Of a stretch of 64,000 bases of DNA, positions 62,628 through 64,000 are shown one piece after another. The DNA is from Elusimicrobia bacterium UBA6262 (lineage in GTDB: Bacteria; CAYTYR01; UBA6262), in contig DJVG01000034.1 in the NCBI GenBank assembly GCA_002441095.1, positions 61,072 through 125,071 of the forward strand. Direction: 5' to 3'. Each line of letters begins with the position of its first letter. Positions within the stretch are counted from its first letter, which is position 1. Made by a program: the position numbers and the translations under genes. Under the pieces are notes generated by a model that was not told where the DNA came from, made no database searches, and saw nothing but the letters and a program-made list of their open reading frames with translations.

Positions 62628-64000
62628 CTTTGGCGCCGATGAAGGTCATGGTCAACGGCATGGCGCGTTTGGCCTGGTCGCACATCTTGGCGGTTTTTTT
62701 CCTGATCTCCCACTGGGCATGCTCATCTTCCCTCAGCCGGGAGATATGGTACAGCTCGCGGGCATTCACTTTCATCAGCACCCGGCGCTTGTGGGCATTG
62801 GTCAGGATATACGGAGCCGCCAACGGGAAGTCAGTGACTATCCGGCGGTAGACCTGGTTAGTCTTATCGATCACTTCCTTAAATTCTTTGTCCAGGCCGG
62901 CTTCTACGATAGCATCGGGGATCACTACTCCCAGATCAGGATCATAATCCTGCGTGGTCAGGGTTGCCATCCTGTGTCTTTTCAGCTGGGCAAAACAGCT
63001 GGCTGAAATAAATAATTCATAGGTCAACGCAGGATACTCAAATTCGCGTAAAGCAGCATCATAAAATTGCATATGTTGGCAGGCAGTTTTAATAATATCC
63101 TTTTTCTGGTCCGGTTTCATCAGCCTGACCGATTGGAGACACTGGCGGTAATTAACTTTGGAGGAGGAATGGACCAGCGCGGCCAGCAATGAATCATCGG
63201 CATGCAGGCTGTATTCCACCAGGTTGACATCACCGGGATAGGCCTCCGGCACGATCTGCTGGGAGCTTAAGATAGCATGGCTCAGGTTCCTTAAGGCCGG
63301 GTAAGTCTTCTGGTCATATTCATTGATATCCGTGAAAATAATTATAGACGGGGCAACGGTATTGACCAGGTTGAACATTTTCCGGCCCAGTTCCTGGACT
63401 TCCTTGAGCGGGTGGCTGGCAAAACGGCGGATGACCAGCTCCAGGTTGCGGGCATTCAGTGTCTCTCCTACCTGGCCGCAGGCAGCCAGCGGTGTAATAT
63501 AGCGGGCATCTTCCTTAGCCCAGCCATCCAGCAGGCTTTCCTTCTTGGGGTCAGCCGCTTCCTGGGGATGTTTTTCTTTGACCTGTTGTTTCAGGGTTTC
63601 ATAGCATTTTTTATAGAAAGCAAACTGCAGCCGCACCGTTTCTGAAAATTCCCGGATATGCGTGCTCATCTTCAGCTCTACCGGGATAATAAAATCATTC
63701 TCCAGGGTAATATAACGCTGGGATTTCTCGGTAAAGGAACACAGCCGGAATTTCTCGATCTCTTCCAGCGCCAGCCGGGAAACACCGATAATATCAAAAT
63801 TGAATATCGCGTGTTCAGCCACTGAATGGTGGCCCATCTTAAAAATAATAGCTTTATTGGACTTGCGGGAGTTTTCCACTTCCTGGCGGGCTACCTGCCG
63901 CAGCTCATCAATGGACCTGGGATCGCGGCTGATCCTGGCATAAGCAGCAGATAAGGTTTCGGGAGTGACATCGGCTCTGGCTGGATTGCTTTTGGTAAGA
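62563..64000 (-). CDS. thyX: flavin-dependent thymidylate synthase, long tandem-domain form (5' end beyond the window)
   Basis: HHSVAEHAIFNFDIIGVSR...EKSQRY and RHRMATLTTQ ThyX motifs in two halves. The reading frame stays open upstream of the listed Met through position 64000. Confidence 0.7.
   Translation of the reverse strand, partial: LTKSNPARADVTPETLSAAYARISRDPRSIDELRQVARQEVENSRKSNKAIIFKMGHHSVAEHAIFNFDIIGVSRLALEEIEKFRLCSFTEKSQRYITLENDFIIPVELKMSTHIREFSETVRLQFAFYKKCYETLKQQVKEKHPQEAADPKKESLLDGWAKEDARYITPLAACGQVGETLNARNLELVIRRFASHPLKEVQELGRKMFNLVNTVAPSIIIFTDINEYDQKTYPALRNLSHAILSSQQIVPEAYPGDVNLVEYSLHADDSLLAALVHSSSKVNYRQCLQSVRLMKPDQKKDIIKTACQHMQFYDAALREFEYPALTYELFISASCFAQLKRHRMATLTTQDYDPDLGVVIPDAIVEAGLDKEFKEVIDKTNQVYRRIVTDFPLAAPYILTNAHKRRVLMKVNARELYHISRLREDEHAQWEIRKKTAKMCDQAKRAMPLTMTFIGAKDEFPKIFEQEFGHPPKVVLPR

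Overview
The window is a 64-kb stretch from a low-GC (roughly 40-45%), probably uncultivated diderm bacterium; an LptD-like outer-membrane protein is present. All 63 genes I can support lie on the minus strand. The first 30 kb (1-30.1 kb) is a large surface-polysaccharide locus. It contains: Wzx and Wzz; a partial GT4; a GT2-cytidylyltransferase fusion; RmlABCD; RfbF; Ugd and UXS; Fcl plus a Gmd/Rmd-like SDR; a radical-SAM enzyme; two methyltransferases; a GH42-like protein; and a DAHP-synthase-family enzyme, an IolB-type cupin and a TIM-barrel sugar isomerase next to two CMP-sugar synthetase paralogues. Housekeeping genes follow: folC, accD, a complete trp operon (trpE-trpG-trm112-trpD-trpC-trpB2-trpF-trpB-trpA), a his operon (hisD-C-B-H-A-x-F-I), murA, prmC-prfA, a DUF1385 protein, rpmE, rho, coaE, mutM, polA, suhB, ferritin-like genes and a long-form thyX that runs off the window end. 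The two most unusual features are these. First, a candidate pathway for a CMP-activated 3-deoxy-ulosonic acid that is not the standard Kdo or sialic-acid route. Second, a dense set of at least ten families of short palindromic and tandem repeats that fill nearly every intergenic spacer from 22.8 to 61.6 kb, with copies also sitting in-frame inside hisH (twice) and prmC. Two long 5' leaders (upstream of trpE and polA) share conserved blocks of unknown function.
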